Assembly (NCBI RefSeq): GCF_000010625.1
Contig: NC_010296.1
Location: forward strand, 1,560,001-1,592,000
Direction of reading: 5' to 3'
Source of the DNA: Microcystis aeruginosa NIES-843
GTDB lineage: Bacteria; Cyanobacteriota; Cyanobacteriia; Cyanobacteriales; Microcystaceae
Length of the DNA stretch: 32,000 bases
Every line of letters starts with the position of its first letter. The stretch's first letter is position 1. A program made the translations under genes and the position numbers. The notes beneath the pieces were generated by a model. It had not been told where the DNA came from. It was given only the letters and a program-made list of their open reading frames with translations, and made no database searches. Shown piece after piece: positions 17,985 through 26,226 of the stretch.

Positions 17985-18769
17985 GTTACAGTAGAGCAGG
18001 AAGTCGCCTTCCCACCCCCTGCTTCAAAACCGGACTTACGACTTTCGCCGTATCCGGCTCCTGAGTAACTAGGCTACTGTCATTAGTAGAATAATAATGG
18101 GAATTATTATTTCCTTGTCTATTCAACCCTCTTGGCTGTATCCCCACCAGACAAGATTGTTGGTTTTAGGGCGTATATGACCGTTGATTGTTGCTTAGAC
18201 TTCCTAGTTACCCGTCCTTTGTCAGCATATCTTTGATATTACTCAAAGCCTTGGCTTTTAAGGACATCCTCTCCCTCTATTGACTTGCGGATGGTTTCCT
18301 ACTGCCCCGAACGGGCAGAGTCAATCAGGGTTACTTCGTTCCCTATAACCATTGGTTGAACCCTTAGGATGATACTGTCCACAACAGAGTAACGGGAATG
18401 CCTTACTGATAGTGGTATGAGCTATCAGCCCCAACTCTGTTAACTTTTGTTTCGAGCCTGTCAGCCTTTTGGCTCGTGGGTGTTGACGATGGTTAATTCG
18501 TATCTTCGCCCCAGGGCTATCCATAGGTTCTGGCTCAACGGGTTTCTGATTTAGGCTATCAGATACCGCTTTTTTTTCCTCGCTCACTACCTCAGATGTA
18601 CCAAGTCTAAAGCAGCAGGAAATGCCGTCACTCTAGGCATCTAGAGGACAGGACTAAGGTTATTACTAACCCGCACCTGTAGGGTTATAAAGTTATCAAG
18701 GTACTACATTTACCAAGCGGCTAATCCTCTAAACGTCTTACTGTCTAGTTTCTAGCCAACGAATCGCAC
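17985..18769 (-). mobile_element. ORF-less group II intron (about 785 nt)
   Basis: The minus-sense sequence starts GTGCG (18769..18765) and ends ...CTGCTCTACTGTAAC. Canonical 34-nt domain V: GAGCCGGATACGGC-GAAA-GTCGTAAGTCCGGTTT, with the AGC triad, a GNRA loop and a 2-nt bulge. It is followed by a domain VI hairpin whose candidate branch A sits 7 nt before the 3' end. Domain IV is reduced to a short hairpin (aataataat-tccc-attattatt). No RT ORF. Confidence 0.8.
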
Positions 18770-18814
18770 CACACCCCACACCCTACACCCCACTTCCCCA
18801 CTTCCCCACTTCCC
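18770..18814. repeat. C-rich heptamer array (CCCCACA / CCCCACT), right part of composite repeat copy C
   Basis: cacaccccacaccctacaccccacttccccacttccccacttccc read directly. Confidence 0.8.
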
Positions 18815-18923
18815 AGATCATCCTCAAGATAGTGACGGTGAGTTAAACTAGCAGATAGAACTAAAAAGTTACAAAAATCACCTAGATTATTTTAGAATCC
18901 TTTCACCATTCTTAACAAATCCC

Positions 18924-21080
18924 GTGACCATTCTCTGCTGGCTCGATCGCATTAGTGCTTCTGATCGCCCCCTGGTGGGGGAAAAAGCTTTTATTGCCAG
19001 TGAATTACACCAGGGAGGATACCCAATTATCGGGGGATTTGCCATTTTTAACCGCATTTTTGCGGAATTTTTGGAAACTATCAACAATGCTGACTCTTTC
19101 TTGACTGATTTTCCGCAATCTTCCCTCTATTTAGACGTAGATAACGCAAAAGCTCTGCAATTAGTCGCCAAAGAAAGTCGGCGCGCCATTTTACAAGCGC
19201 AAATTCCTCCTCTCTGGTTAGAAGAACTAGCGGCGGCCGTGGCACAATTATCCATGGATACCCTAGTATGGCGCTTTTCCCTACCAGCTAATCTGGCTCG
19301 GCGAACGCTCGGTTTATTTTCCGCCCCAATCAGTGGAATTAAAGCAGATAATCTAGAAAATGCCCTAAAACAAGCTTGGGCGGAGTTATTCAACGCCAAA
19401 AGTCTATTTTATTGGCGAAAAATGGGAATTGGTTTAGAAAAAATTCAATTATCTTTACTGGTACAACCGTTATTACCGGCCAATTGTGCGGGAAATGTGT
19501 TGATTAATGACGATAACTGGAAAATTCAGGCAGTTTGGGGGTTAGGACACAGTTTAGTTAATGGAGAAGTGGCACCGGATACCTATATTATTGATCGCTC
19601 CGGTCAATTACGCAGTCGGCAATTAGGCAATAAATCCCGCGCTTATTATCTCAATAGTGACAGTAATCTGCTCGCGCCACAATTATTAGCACCCAGTTTA
19701 CAGGAAAGCTACTGTTTAGATAATTTCGCCCTCGATCGCCTTTGTCAACTGGTTCAATCTCTACTGACGGAAAAACCGACGTTAACCAGCATAGAATGGC
19801 TGATGATGCTGGATGGTCAAATTTATATTCTTAACTGTCACAGTCAGGAAATCACCGCTACTACCTGCCATTATCCCTTAAGAGGATTAGGGGCATCCCC
19901 GGGGTTGGCATCGGGAGTGGCAAAAGTGATCAGCAATTTCGACTCCCCAGAGGCAAATTTTCAGGATTGCATTCTGGTTACTACTAATTTACCTCCGAAA
20001 AAACTGCCCCATTTACGCCAAATTCGAGCAATGATCACGGAACAGGGGGGATTAACTAGCCATGGAGCCATTTTAGCCCGGGAATTAGCCATTCCTGCCG
20101 TTGTCGGGGTGAAAAATGCCACGGAAATTATCCGCTCAGGGGAGATAATTTTAGTAGATGGTACGAGGGGAATTATTTCTCTAGCATCTCAGGAACAGAT
20201 TTCCTTACCCTCAGCACCCCCCAGAGAAACCGACGGGACGGCAATTGCTACCCGTTTGATGGTTAATCTCAGTCAAACTGAAAGTATTGCCGGAATCCAA
20301 GAGCTGCCTATTGATGGGATTGGTTTATTGCGCTCAGAATGGATGATTTTAGAGTTACTTTCTCAGCGTAATCTAGAAGAATGGTTAACACCAGAGCATC
20401 AAGAAGCATTGATCGAGAGATTAAGTGATTTAATCGCACAATTTGCCCTTAGTATCCAGCCTAAGCCTTTATTTTATCGTTCTTTTGATGCTCAACATTC
20501 GACTAAAGACAGTCGGGGAACCCATGGTTATATATTAGATCCGACTCTATTCGATCTGGAATTGCAAGCTTTACGACGGGTACAAACCACCAGCGCCACC
20601 AATATTAATTTACTGCTTCCCTTTGTCCGCGGGGTTGAGGAATTTATTTTCTGCCGGCAACGGGTACAATCGGCTTTACTCACTCAAGTCCCTTCTTTCC
20701 AATTGGGGATAATGGTGGAAGTACCGGGAGTAATCTTTCAATTGGGGGATTATGTGCAAGCGGGGGTACAATTAATCGCTATTGGTACTAATGATTTAAC
20801 TCAATTACTTTTAGGTAGCGATCGAGAACATTTCTCAGAATATTTTAACGCCCGTCATCCCGCAGTCAGGGCAGCTTTAAAACAAATTATCACTCAAGCA
20901 AAAGTTTTACAGATTCCCTGTTCCGTTTGCGGCATGGCCATCGTCCAGTATCCTGAAATTATCGATGATTTGATTGCTTGGGGTGTGACTTCTCTTTCGG
21001 TGGATACAGAAGCAGTTTTAGCCACTAGAGAGGCAATTGTTCGCGCCGAAAGAAGATTTTTATTGGAAAATAGCAGATAA
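18924..21080 (+). CDS. PEP-utilising enzyme, phosphoenolpyruvate synthase (PpsA)-like, with all three modules
   Basis: N-terminal PPDK_N-like region (DRPLVGEKAF...GGFAI), swivel phosphohistidine domain (TEQGGLTSHGAILARELAIPAVVG) and C-terminal PEP-binding TIM barrel (IGTNDLTQLLLGSDRE...CSVCGMA). GTG start. Confidence 0.85.
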   Translation: MTILCWLDRISASDRPLVGEKAFIASELHQGGYPIIGGFAIFNRIFAEFLETINNADSFLTDFPQSSLYLDVDNAKALQLVAKESRRAILQAQIPPLWLEELAAAVAQLSMDTLVWRFSLPANLARRTLGLFSAPISGIKADNLENALKQAWAELFNAKSLFYWRKMGIGLEKIQLSLLVQPLLPANCAGNVLINDDNWKIQAVWGLGHSLVNGEVAPDTYIIDRSGQLRSRQLGNKSRAYYLNSDSNLLAPQLLAPSLQESYCLDNFALDRLCQLVQSLLTEKPTLTSIEWLMMLDGQIYILNCHSQEITATTCHYPLRGLGASPGLASGVAKVISNFDSPEANFQDCILVTTNLPPKKLPHLRQIRAMITEQGGLTSHGAILARELAIPAVVGVKNATEIIRSGEIILVDGTRGIISLASQEQISLPSAPPRETDGTAIATRLMVNLSQTESIAGIQELPIDGIGLLRSEWMILELLSQRNLEEWLTPEHQEALIERLSDLIAQFALSIQPKPLFYRSFDAQHSTKDSRGTHGYILDPTLFDLELQALRRVQTTSATNINLLLPFVRGVEEFIFCRQRVQSALLTQVPSFQLGIMVEVPGVIFQLGDYVQAGVQLIAIGTNDLTQLLLGSDREHFSEYFNARHPAVRAALKQIITQAKVLQIPCSVCGMAIVQYPEIIDDLIAWGVTSLSVDTEAVLATREAIVRAERRFLLENSR

Positions 21081-21149
21081 CTTCCCCACTACCTCACTAC
21101 CCCACTACCCCATCAACCCACTTCCCCACTACCCCACTACCCCACTTCC
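21081..21149. repeat. C-rich heptamer array (CCCCACT/ACCCCAC variants)
   Basis: cttccccactacctcactaccccactaccccatcaacccacttccccactaccccactaccccacttcc begins immediately after the stop codon at 21080. Confidence 0.85.
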
Positions 21150-21498
21150 TAATTCATACTTTGTGCTTTTTGTCAAAAAAACTTTTTTTTTGCAATAAAA
21201 CTACACAAAAAAAAGATCATCGTTGTGGGTGAAATTGACTCATTTACCTGTCTTAATGAGGATTACCTTCTAGGTGTGGCAAGGGTTTCAACCGTTGCTG
21301 CCCAAAAAAGCATAGAGTACCCCACTATGAAATTCAGTAAAATCGCTGTAACCATTGTAACATCGTTGTTAAATAAAAATCTTTCTCAATTAATTCTTAA
21401 GAATTTGTAAATATTGCGAAATGTTAATTTAAATATTCTCAAGTTTTTGGAGTTCATAGATAATTTTTGCTTATCTTTGACCAACATTGGGTTAGAAG

Positions 21499-21541
21499 TC
21501 AGTTATCAGTTATCAGTTATCAGTTATCAGTTATCAGTTAA
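21499..21541. repeat. Heptamer tandem array (CAGTTAT, about 5.5 copies)
   Basis: Read directly from the sequence. Confidence 0.9.
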
Positions 21542-21552
21542 CTGAGAAAACT

Positions 21553-21647
21553 CCCCACACCCTACATCCCACACCCCACACCCCACACCCCACACCCCAC
21601 ACCCCACACCCCACACCCCACACCCCACACCCTACACCCCACACCCT
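21553..21647. repeat. Heptamer tandem array (CCCCACA, about 13 copies; GGGGTGT on the minus strand)
   Basis: Read directly. It ends 13 nt from the stop codon of the minus-strand gene 21660..24410. Confidence 0.92.
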
Positions 21648-21659
21648 GTCCCCTAATGC

Positions 21660-24410
21660 CTAGAGAATTTCAATAATTCCTTGACTGCCATCGAGACGAA
21701 TTAATTGACCATCTTTTAACAATTTCATGGCATTATGCACATCCATAACCGCGGGAATTCCGTATTCTCTGGCAATAATAGCACCATGGGATAATTGTCC
21801 CCCCACCTCGGCAATAATTCCCACAGCCTGGGATAATAAAGGCGACCATCCTGAGTCAGTATAGGGAATAACGAGAATAGTATTAGGGGCAATTTCTAGA
21901 TTTTGTAGGGTTGGCATAATTTTGATTCGTCCCTCCACTGTCCCCCCACTAGCGGCAATTCCCTGTAAGCGTTTTTTGGCAGTTAAATTTGAAACTAAAA
22001 ATTCTCTTTTCGGTGGTTGTCCATAAACGATGTAGGGAATATCGGTTAATTGAGAGTTTTCTTGGAATTGTTGGCGACGCTGACGGATAATCTGGTTAAG
22101 ATTGGCGATTTTATTATTCTGACCTAACTGGATAACTTCTGAGTAATTTAGATAAAATATATCTCCCGTCTCCGATAATATTTGCTGCTGTAACCAGAGG
22201 GTTTCTAAAGCGAGAAAATGCCAGCGTAGGTGAGCTAAAAGACGGGAGTAAATTTCAGTCACTTGGTTTTTGATATTTAATCTTTTTTGGACAGTATGAG
22301 AAGATTTAACTTTTTTATGGCTATTATTGCCCGGACTATCTAAGGGGAGTTGTAGCAGCTCTTGGGGATTTTCTCGCCATCTCGGTATGGAAATATCAGT
22401 CCCCACTTCGCTTAAATAACCGTAGGTTTCTAACCAGAGGGAAAAAGCTGAGTCAAAATCTCGATCGATCGTATTTTTTCTCAGTTCAGATAGCGATCGC
22501 ATTGAGGCTATTTCTGGCGCTTGGGAGTTATCCAATCTCTCAAAAGGTACTTGCGAAATACTGCGACGCAAGGCGAAGCTAAGAGGGGCAAGAATACTAT
22601 AATAGGTAGCTTTTTTTAAGACGGTTAAAATCTCCTCAATTTGCTCTAAAATCTCCCCTGAAGATAAAGCTTCTGGGGAAGTAGCGTTAATTTTTTTGAG
22701 CGTCGGGATAAAATAGTTTTTTTGATCTTGGCTAAAGTCTTTTTCTAACTGTAATTCCCGTCCTAAAAGTTTTAATAAACCAGGCGAATTAGCCAAAGTT
22801 GCCGTTAAAGGTGGTTTGGTAAACTTTGCCCCTTTGGTCAGGAATTCTAAGCTTTCTGGAGGTAATCCCATGCGACGGAAAATTGTTCCTAACAAAGAAG
22901 CATTAAAATAGGCTCTTTGATAGTGTAAAGTCGCTGTTTTATTGAAATCCAAATCGAGGGCTTTTTTGTCTAAAACTAACCAGAAAATATCTCCCCAAAC
23001 TCCACAAGTTAAAGGACGATTAATTGACCAAGGCAAAGGACGAATCACCCCGGGGATAACTTCAGCCGCGATTTTTCTTGTCCAAATTGGCTGTAAATTA
23101 GTGATAGGACGGCACTGTAATAACCATAATTTTCGTCCGTCATGAGTCCATTCTATATCTTGGGGAATGCCATGATCAAGGTTTTCTAATTGCCGACAAA
23201 GATTAGCTACCTGTTGAATAATAGCCGGGGGAATATCTCCCGCTCCGATGATGATATTTTCTTCTAAATTAACTCGATAACTTTCGGGGGTGATTCTTCC
23301 CGATACAACTCTGGTGGCATCTCCGGGTAAAGCTTCAATAACTACATCTAGACTGAGAGGATTAATCGGATCACGACTGAAGGCAACTCCCGAAAAAACT
23401 CCTCGAATTTGTTCTTGGATTAACACAGCCATGGCCGTGTTTTCTTGACCTCGATCGAGTCGATAATTAACAGCATTAGGACTATTATAGGAGGTTTGAC
23501 AACTTAAAATCGCCGCCGCTAAATTTTCTCGATCGATGACGTTAAGAATTGTGGTATATTGTCCCGCAGATGAAGCGGTTTCACCATCTTCTCCAATAGC
23601 GGAAGAGCGCACGACTAAGGGATGATTAATATCAGGATTAAGAGATTCTATTAACGGTTGTGGATCATCCCCCGGTGGTAAAATCCAACCCCTAGGAATG
23701 GGATAACCGGCACGCTTAAGATCGGCTAAAGTGGCGGCTTTTTGTCCCACTTTTGAAGCTACCAGATTGTCATCAAGAGTTTGGATCGATCGATCTCCAC
23801 GAAAAAAACGAAACATAGTTTTTGATTCATTGTTAACACTTGCTTCAGGTAAGTCTAAATCGTCGGCTATTTTTTGAAAAATTGCCCCTAATAAACAGGC
23901 TAAAGCAATGGCAGTTATAATATAACCTGAATCGTGGGGACGGCGCAAGGTGAGAATTAAAGCTAATAAAAATAATCCTACCAATCTCCCCGTAGATTTT
24001 TCTCGAAAAATAGTAAAGCTAATTCCACTAATGATTGAGGTGAGAAAAACAGCGACAAAATCGTGAACGATTAATCCCCAGAAAACATTAGTAGTTCCCG
24101 CACCTTTTCCTAACCAATAGCGCCCCACGACTAAGGCAATTAAAGCTAATAATTCCCAAGAAGAGCCGGTGGGAAAAAATAAACGGGTTAGGAGAATAAC
24201 GATAATTCCCTTGGCTGCTTCCGAAATTACCGCCAAAATTCCCACTAATTTCCCCCCATGATAAAAAGCGGCAGTTACACCGATATTACCAGTACCTAAT
24301 TGGGATAATTTACGTCCAGTTACGAGATAATTTATCCAATCGATCAGAGGCAGTCCCCCGATTATAGGACAGACTAAAAAAATAAATAGGGATCCCCAAA
24401 TTTCTCTCAT
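21660..24410 (-). CDS. Fusion protein: N-terminal PlsY-like membrane domain, PEP/pyruvate-binding (PPDK_N, ATP-grasp) domain, C-terminal swivel phosphohistidine domain; no PEP-binding TIM barrel
   Basis: 916 aa. The first about 190 aa are polytopic with a PlsY-like GTGNIGVTAAFYHGG motif. The middle has DDNLVASKVGQKAATLADLKRAGYPIPRGW and VRSSAIGEDG (PPDK_N). The C-terminus has IAEVGGQLSHGAIIAREYGIPAV. Confidence 0.85.
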   Translation of the reverse strand: MREIWGSLFIFLVCPIIGGLPLIDWINYLVTGRKLSQLGTGNIGVTAAFYHGGKLVGILAVISEAAKGIIVILLTRLFFPTGSSWELLALIALVVGRYWLGKGAGTTNVFWGLIVHDFVAVFLTSIISGISFTIFREKSTGRLVGLFLLALILTLRRPHDSGYIITAIALACLLGAIFQKIADDLDLPEASVNNESKTMFRFFRGDRSIQTLDDNLVASKVGQKAATLADLKRAGYPIPRGWILPPGDDPQPLIESLNPDINHPLVVRSSAIGEDGETASSAGQYTTILNVIDRENLAAAILSCQTSYNSPNAVNYRLDRGQENTAMAVLIQEQIRGVFSGVAFSRDPINPLSLDVVIEALPGDATRVVSGRITPESYRVNLEENIIIGAGDIPPAIIQQVANLCRQLENLDHGIPQDIEWTHDGRKLWLLQCRPITNLQPIWTRKIAAEVIPGVIRPLPWSINRPLTCGVWGDIFWLVLDKKALDLDFNKTATLHYQRAYFNASLLGTIFRRMGLPPESLEFLTKGAKFTKPPLTATLANSPGLLKLLGRELQLEKDFSQDQKNYFIPTLKKINATSPEALSSGEILEQIEEILTVLKKATYYSILAPLSFALRRSISQVPFERLDNSQAPEIASMRSLSELRKNTIDRDFDSAFSLWLETYGYLSEVGTDISIPRWRENPQELLQLPLDSPGNNSHKKVKSSHTVQKRLNIKNQVTEIYSRLLAHLRWHFLALETLWLQQQILSETGDIFYLNYSEVIQLGQNNKIANLNQIIRQRRQQFQENSQLTDIPYIVYGQPPKREFLVSNLTAKKRLQGIAASGGTVEGRIKIMPTLQNLEIAPNTILVIPYTDSGWSPLLSQAVGIIAEVGGQLSHGAIIAREYGIPAVMDVHNAMKLLKDGQLIRLDGSQGIIEIL

Positions 24411-24613
24411 TTAAAATGCGTCTTAGTTTACGATCTTGTCTTAGTAACGACCTTGAGAACATGAACACGAAAGTGATAAAAGAAATTGAGCTTAATGGCT
24501 TAAAACCCAAGCAGATGGAGCAAATAAAGGCAATAATTGCGGATTTTAAGCGGCAAAATCAACCCCTCAAACTGAAGAAAAAAGCGAAAAGAGTAAGGTG
24601 GACGATGCACACC

Positions 24614-25228
24614 CTACAGACTTAAGAAAATCTGATTGACAGTGAGATTTAATTCCGTGAAAGTCTGGGAGATCAGGATATCTCTGTCTCGAAATTGCCG
24701 AATTTGATATTCTTCCTCAACTAAGCGACAAACAGAGATGGTCGGTTGTTTAGGAGTGCCAAGAAAATTACGCCCACCCAAGGCTGCATAATCGACAATC
24801 CAATATTCGGGAATACCCATTTCTTCATAATCAGCAAATTTTAAGTAGTAATCATCACGCCAGTTAGTCGATACCACTTCAATGATCAGAGGGATAGATG
24901 CACCATCCCTAAGGATTGATTCTTTTTTCCATAATTTTTCCTGAGCGAGCTTGGTTCGATTTAGCACTAATACATCGGGAAAATAACCAGAATTTTTACC
25001 AGCAGGTCTGACAATCGCTTGGTTAGGAATTAAATAAGGAAGCCCTAGTCTATCAATTATTCCACTGAGTTTAACAGTTAAAAATCCTTTGATTTCCTCG
25101 TGTTCTCCTGCGGGTTGTGCCATTTCAATAATATTTCCCTTGTGTAGCTCATAACGCACTCCCGAATTTTCAGGCAGCCAAAGGACGAATTCCTCGAAAT
25201 TAACAGTTTTAGGTAAAGTTTGGCTCAT
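24614..25228 (-). CDS. Uma2-family (DUF820) putative endonuclease
   Basis: FEEFVLWLPE...YELHKGNIIEM..P...H and PDVLVL...PLIIEVVS...D...K...Y...GIPEYWIVD, the PD-(D/E)xK pattern typical of the family. ATG at 25228 is preferred over the track's TTG at 25237. Confidence 0.88.
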   Translation of the reverse strand: MSQTLPKTVNFEEFVLWLPENSGVRYELHKGNIIEMAQPAGEHEEIKGFLTVKLSGIIDRLGLPYLIPNQAIVRPAGKNSGYFPDVLVLNRTKLAQEKLWKKESILRDGASIPLIIEVVSTNWRDDYYLKFADYEEMGIPEYWIVDYAALGGRNFLGTPKQPTISVCRLVEEEYQIRQFRDRDILISQTFTELNLTVNQIFLSL

Positions 25229-25630
25229 AGCTGGCAAAATAGCATTCTCTCTCTACTAACTTCCTTAGCTCTATTTTACCTTGAAGTAAGGTGGGCATTG
25301 CCCACCCTACAAACTCTCTACACAATCTGCGATCGCACTATCGCTGCCAAAAACGATGAGGACGAAACCAAAAATATAATTGGTAACGACGGCGAGGTTC
25401 ATAAAAGGAGTCAGTTGCCAGTTAGTTTTTAGATCTCCATTTGGCAATATTACACCCTCATAAAATTCTTTACCACCGGAGCCGCCTAGTAAGTTTATAA
25501 AGAGGTCTCCTTGATTAACGCTGAATGTTCCAGCAATTCCTGATGATGAAGTTGATCTCGGCGGCTTAGATGTGTAGTTATAGCGCTTTTCACGTTACTG
25601 AGGTATCGACAAGTTTTGCCAACAAAGGGT

Positions 25631-26026
25631 TTAAGCCCCTTGCCCATGGCTCATTCTGATGAAAAATGCTATGATTGCTTTGAGCGCATAGAAGAGACGA
25701 GTGCTAATATTAGGAACAACAGCTTCGGAAATTTCCGATCCTCCTGGATAATAGATATAGCTATCGGAAATTTCCAATCCCTCTGGATAATTTGTCGGGG
25801 GAACGGCGAACGTAGTGATTTCCCTGGCAAGGGCTTCGGAAATTTCTGATTCTCCTGGATAATAGATATAGCTATCGGAAATTTCCAATCCCTCTGGATA
25901 ATAGGTATAGGTAAATGTGGTATATTTTGAGTTATCAGAAAATGCCGGGGGACGTAATTGAGGAATTTCTCCACCCACTACCGCAGCCCCAGAGCAATCT
26001 TCAAGGGGCATATATTGTTTAGCCAT
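25631..26026 (-). CDS. Tyr-rich repeat protein (131 aa), function unknown; possible Gly-Gly leader. May be the 5' part of a longer ORF disrupted by stop codons.
   Basis: Strong SD (AAGGAG, 6-nt spacer) before the ATG. Two 111-bp direct repeats (25723-25791 and 25834-25902) encode YPEGLEISDSYIYYPG(E/G)SEISEA. N-terminus MAKQYMPLEDCSGAAVVGG. Confidence 0.55.
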   Translation of the reverse strand: MAKQYMPLEDCSGAAVVGGEIPQLRPPAFSDNSKYTTFTYTYYPEGLEISDSYIYYPGESEISEALAREITTFAVPPTNYPEGLEISDSYIYYPGGSEISEAVVPNISTRLFYALKAIIAFFIRMSHGQGA

Positions 26027-26226
26027 CGAAATCTCCTTGGTAATTGATAACGGAAAAAACTGAGAGATTTAGCTGGAATTACACTGATGGACAAAATTAA
26101 TAAATCAACTCTGCTGTAACTCATACTACTCAGTCCTCTATGCTAAGATGATCCAAAAAACGCAAGTTTTTAAATTGATGGGCAAAAAAAATTTTGATTT
26201 TACTCAATAACCAAGTAATTATATAG

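Noticed and set aside
18321-18587. 88-aa ORF inside the group II intron as a possible intron-encoded protein
   Set aside because: It has no reverse-transcriptase, maturase or HNH motifs. It lies in the region corresponding to domain I rather than domain IV, and it is far too short.
18887-19399. Minus-strand ORFs 18887..19087 and 19127..19399
   Set aside because: They are antisense to, or overlap the start of, the PpsA-like CDS.
21225-21410. 61-aa ORF in the convergent intergenic region
   Set aside because: It has a GTG start, no SD and AT-rich low-information sequence, so there is nothing to support it.
21499-21647. A CRISPR array
   Set aside because: The repeat unit is only 7 nt, strictly tandem with no spacers, and no cas genes are nearby. 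These are STRR-like heptamer arrays.
22942-23145. 67-aa plus-strand ORF
   Set aside because: It is antisense within the 916-aa PlsY/PPDK_N fusion CDS.
24416-24625. 69-aa ORF (or 54 aa from ATG 24461, MNTKVIKEIELNGLKPKQMEQIKAIIADFKRQNQ...)
   Set aside because: It could be a real small protein next to the Uma2 gene. But it has no clear SD, its C-terminus runs into a degenerate ggtgg-N-caccctac repeat and overlaps the Uma2 3' end, and it has no recognisable family. It is left uncalled.
25616-25974. Alternative-frame ORFs 25616..25849 (+) and 25669..25974 (-) over the 111-bp repeats
   Set aside because: Repeats keep several frames open. Only the 25631..26026 frame has a strong SD and ATG and continues into the downstream open frame.
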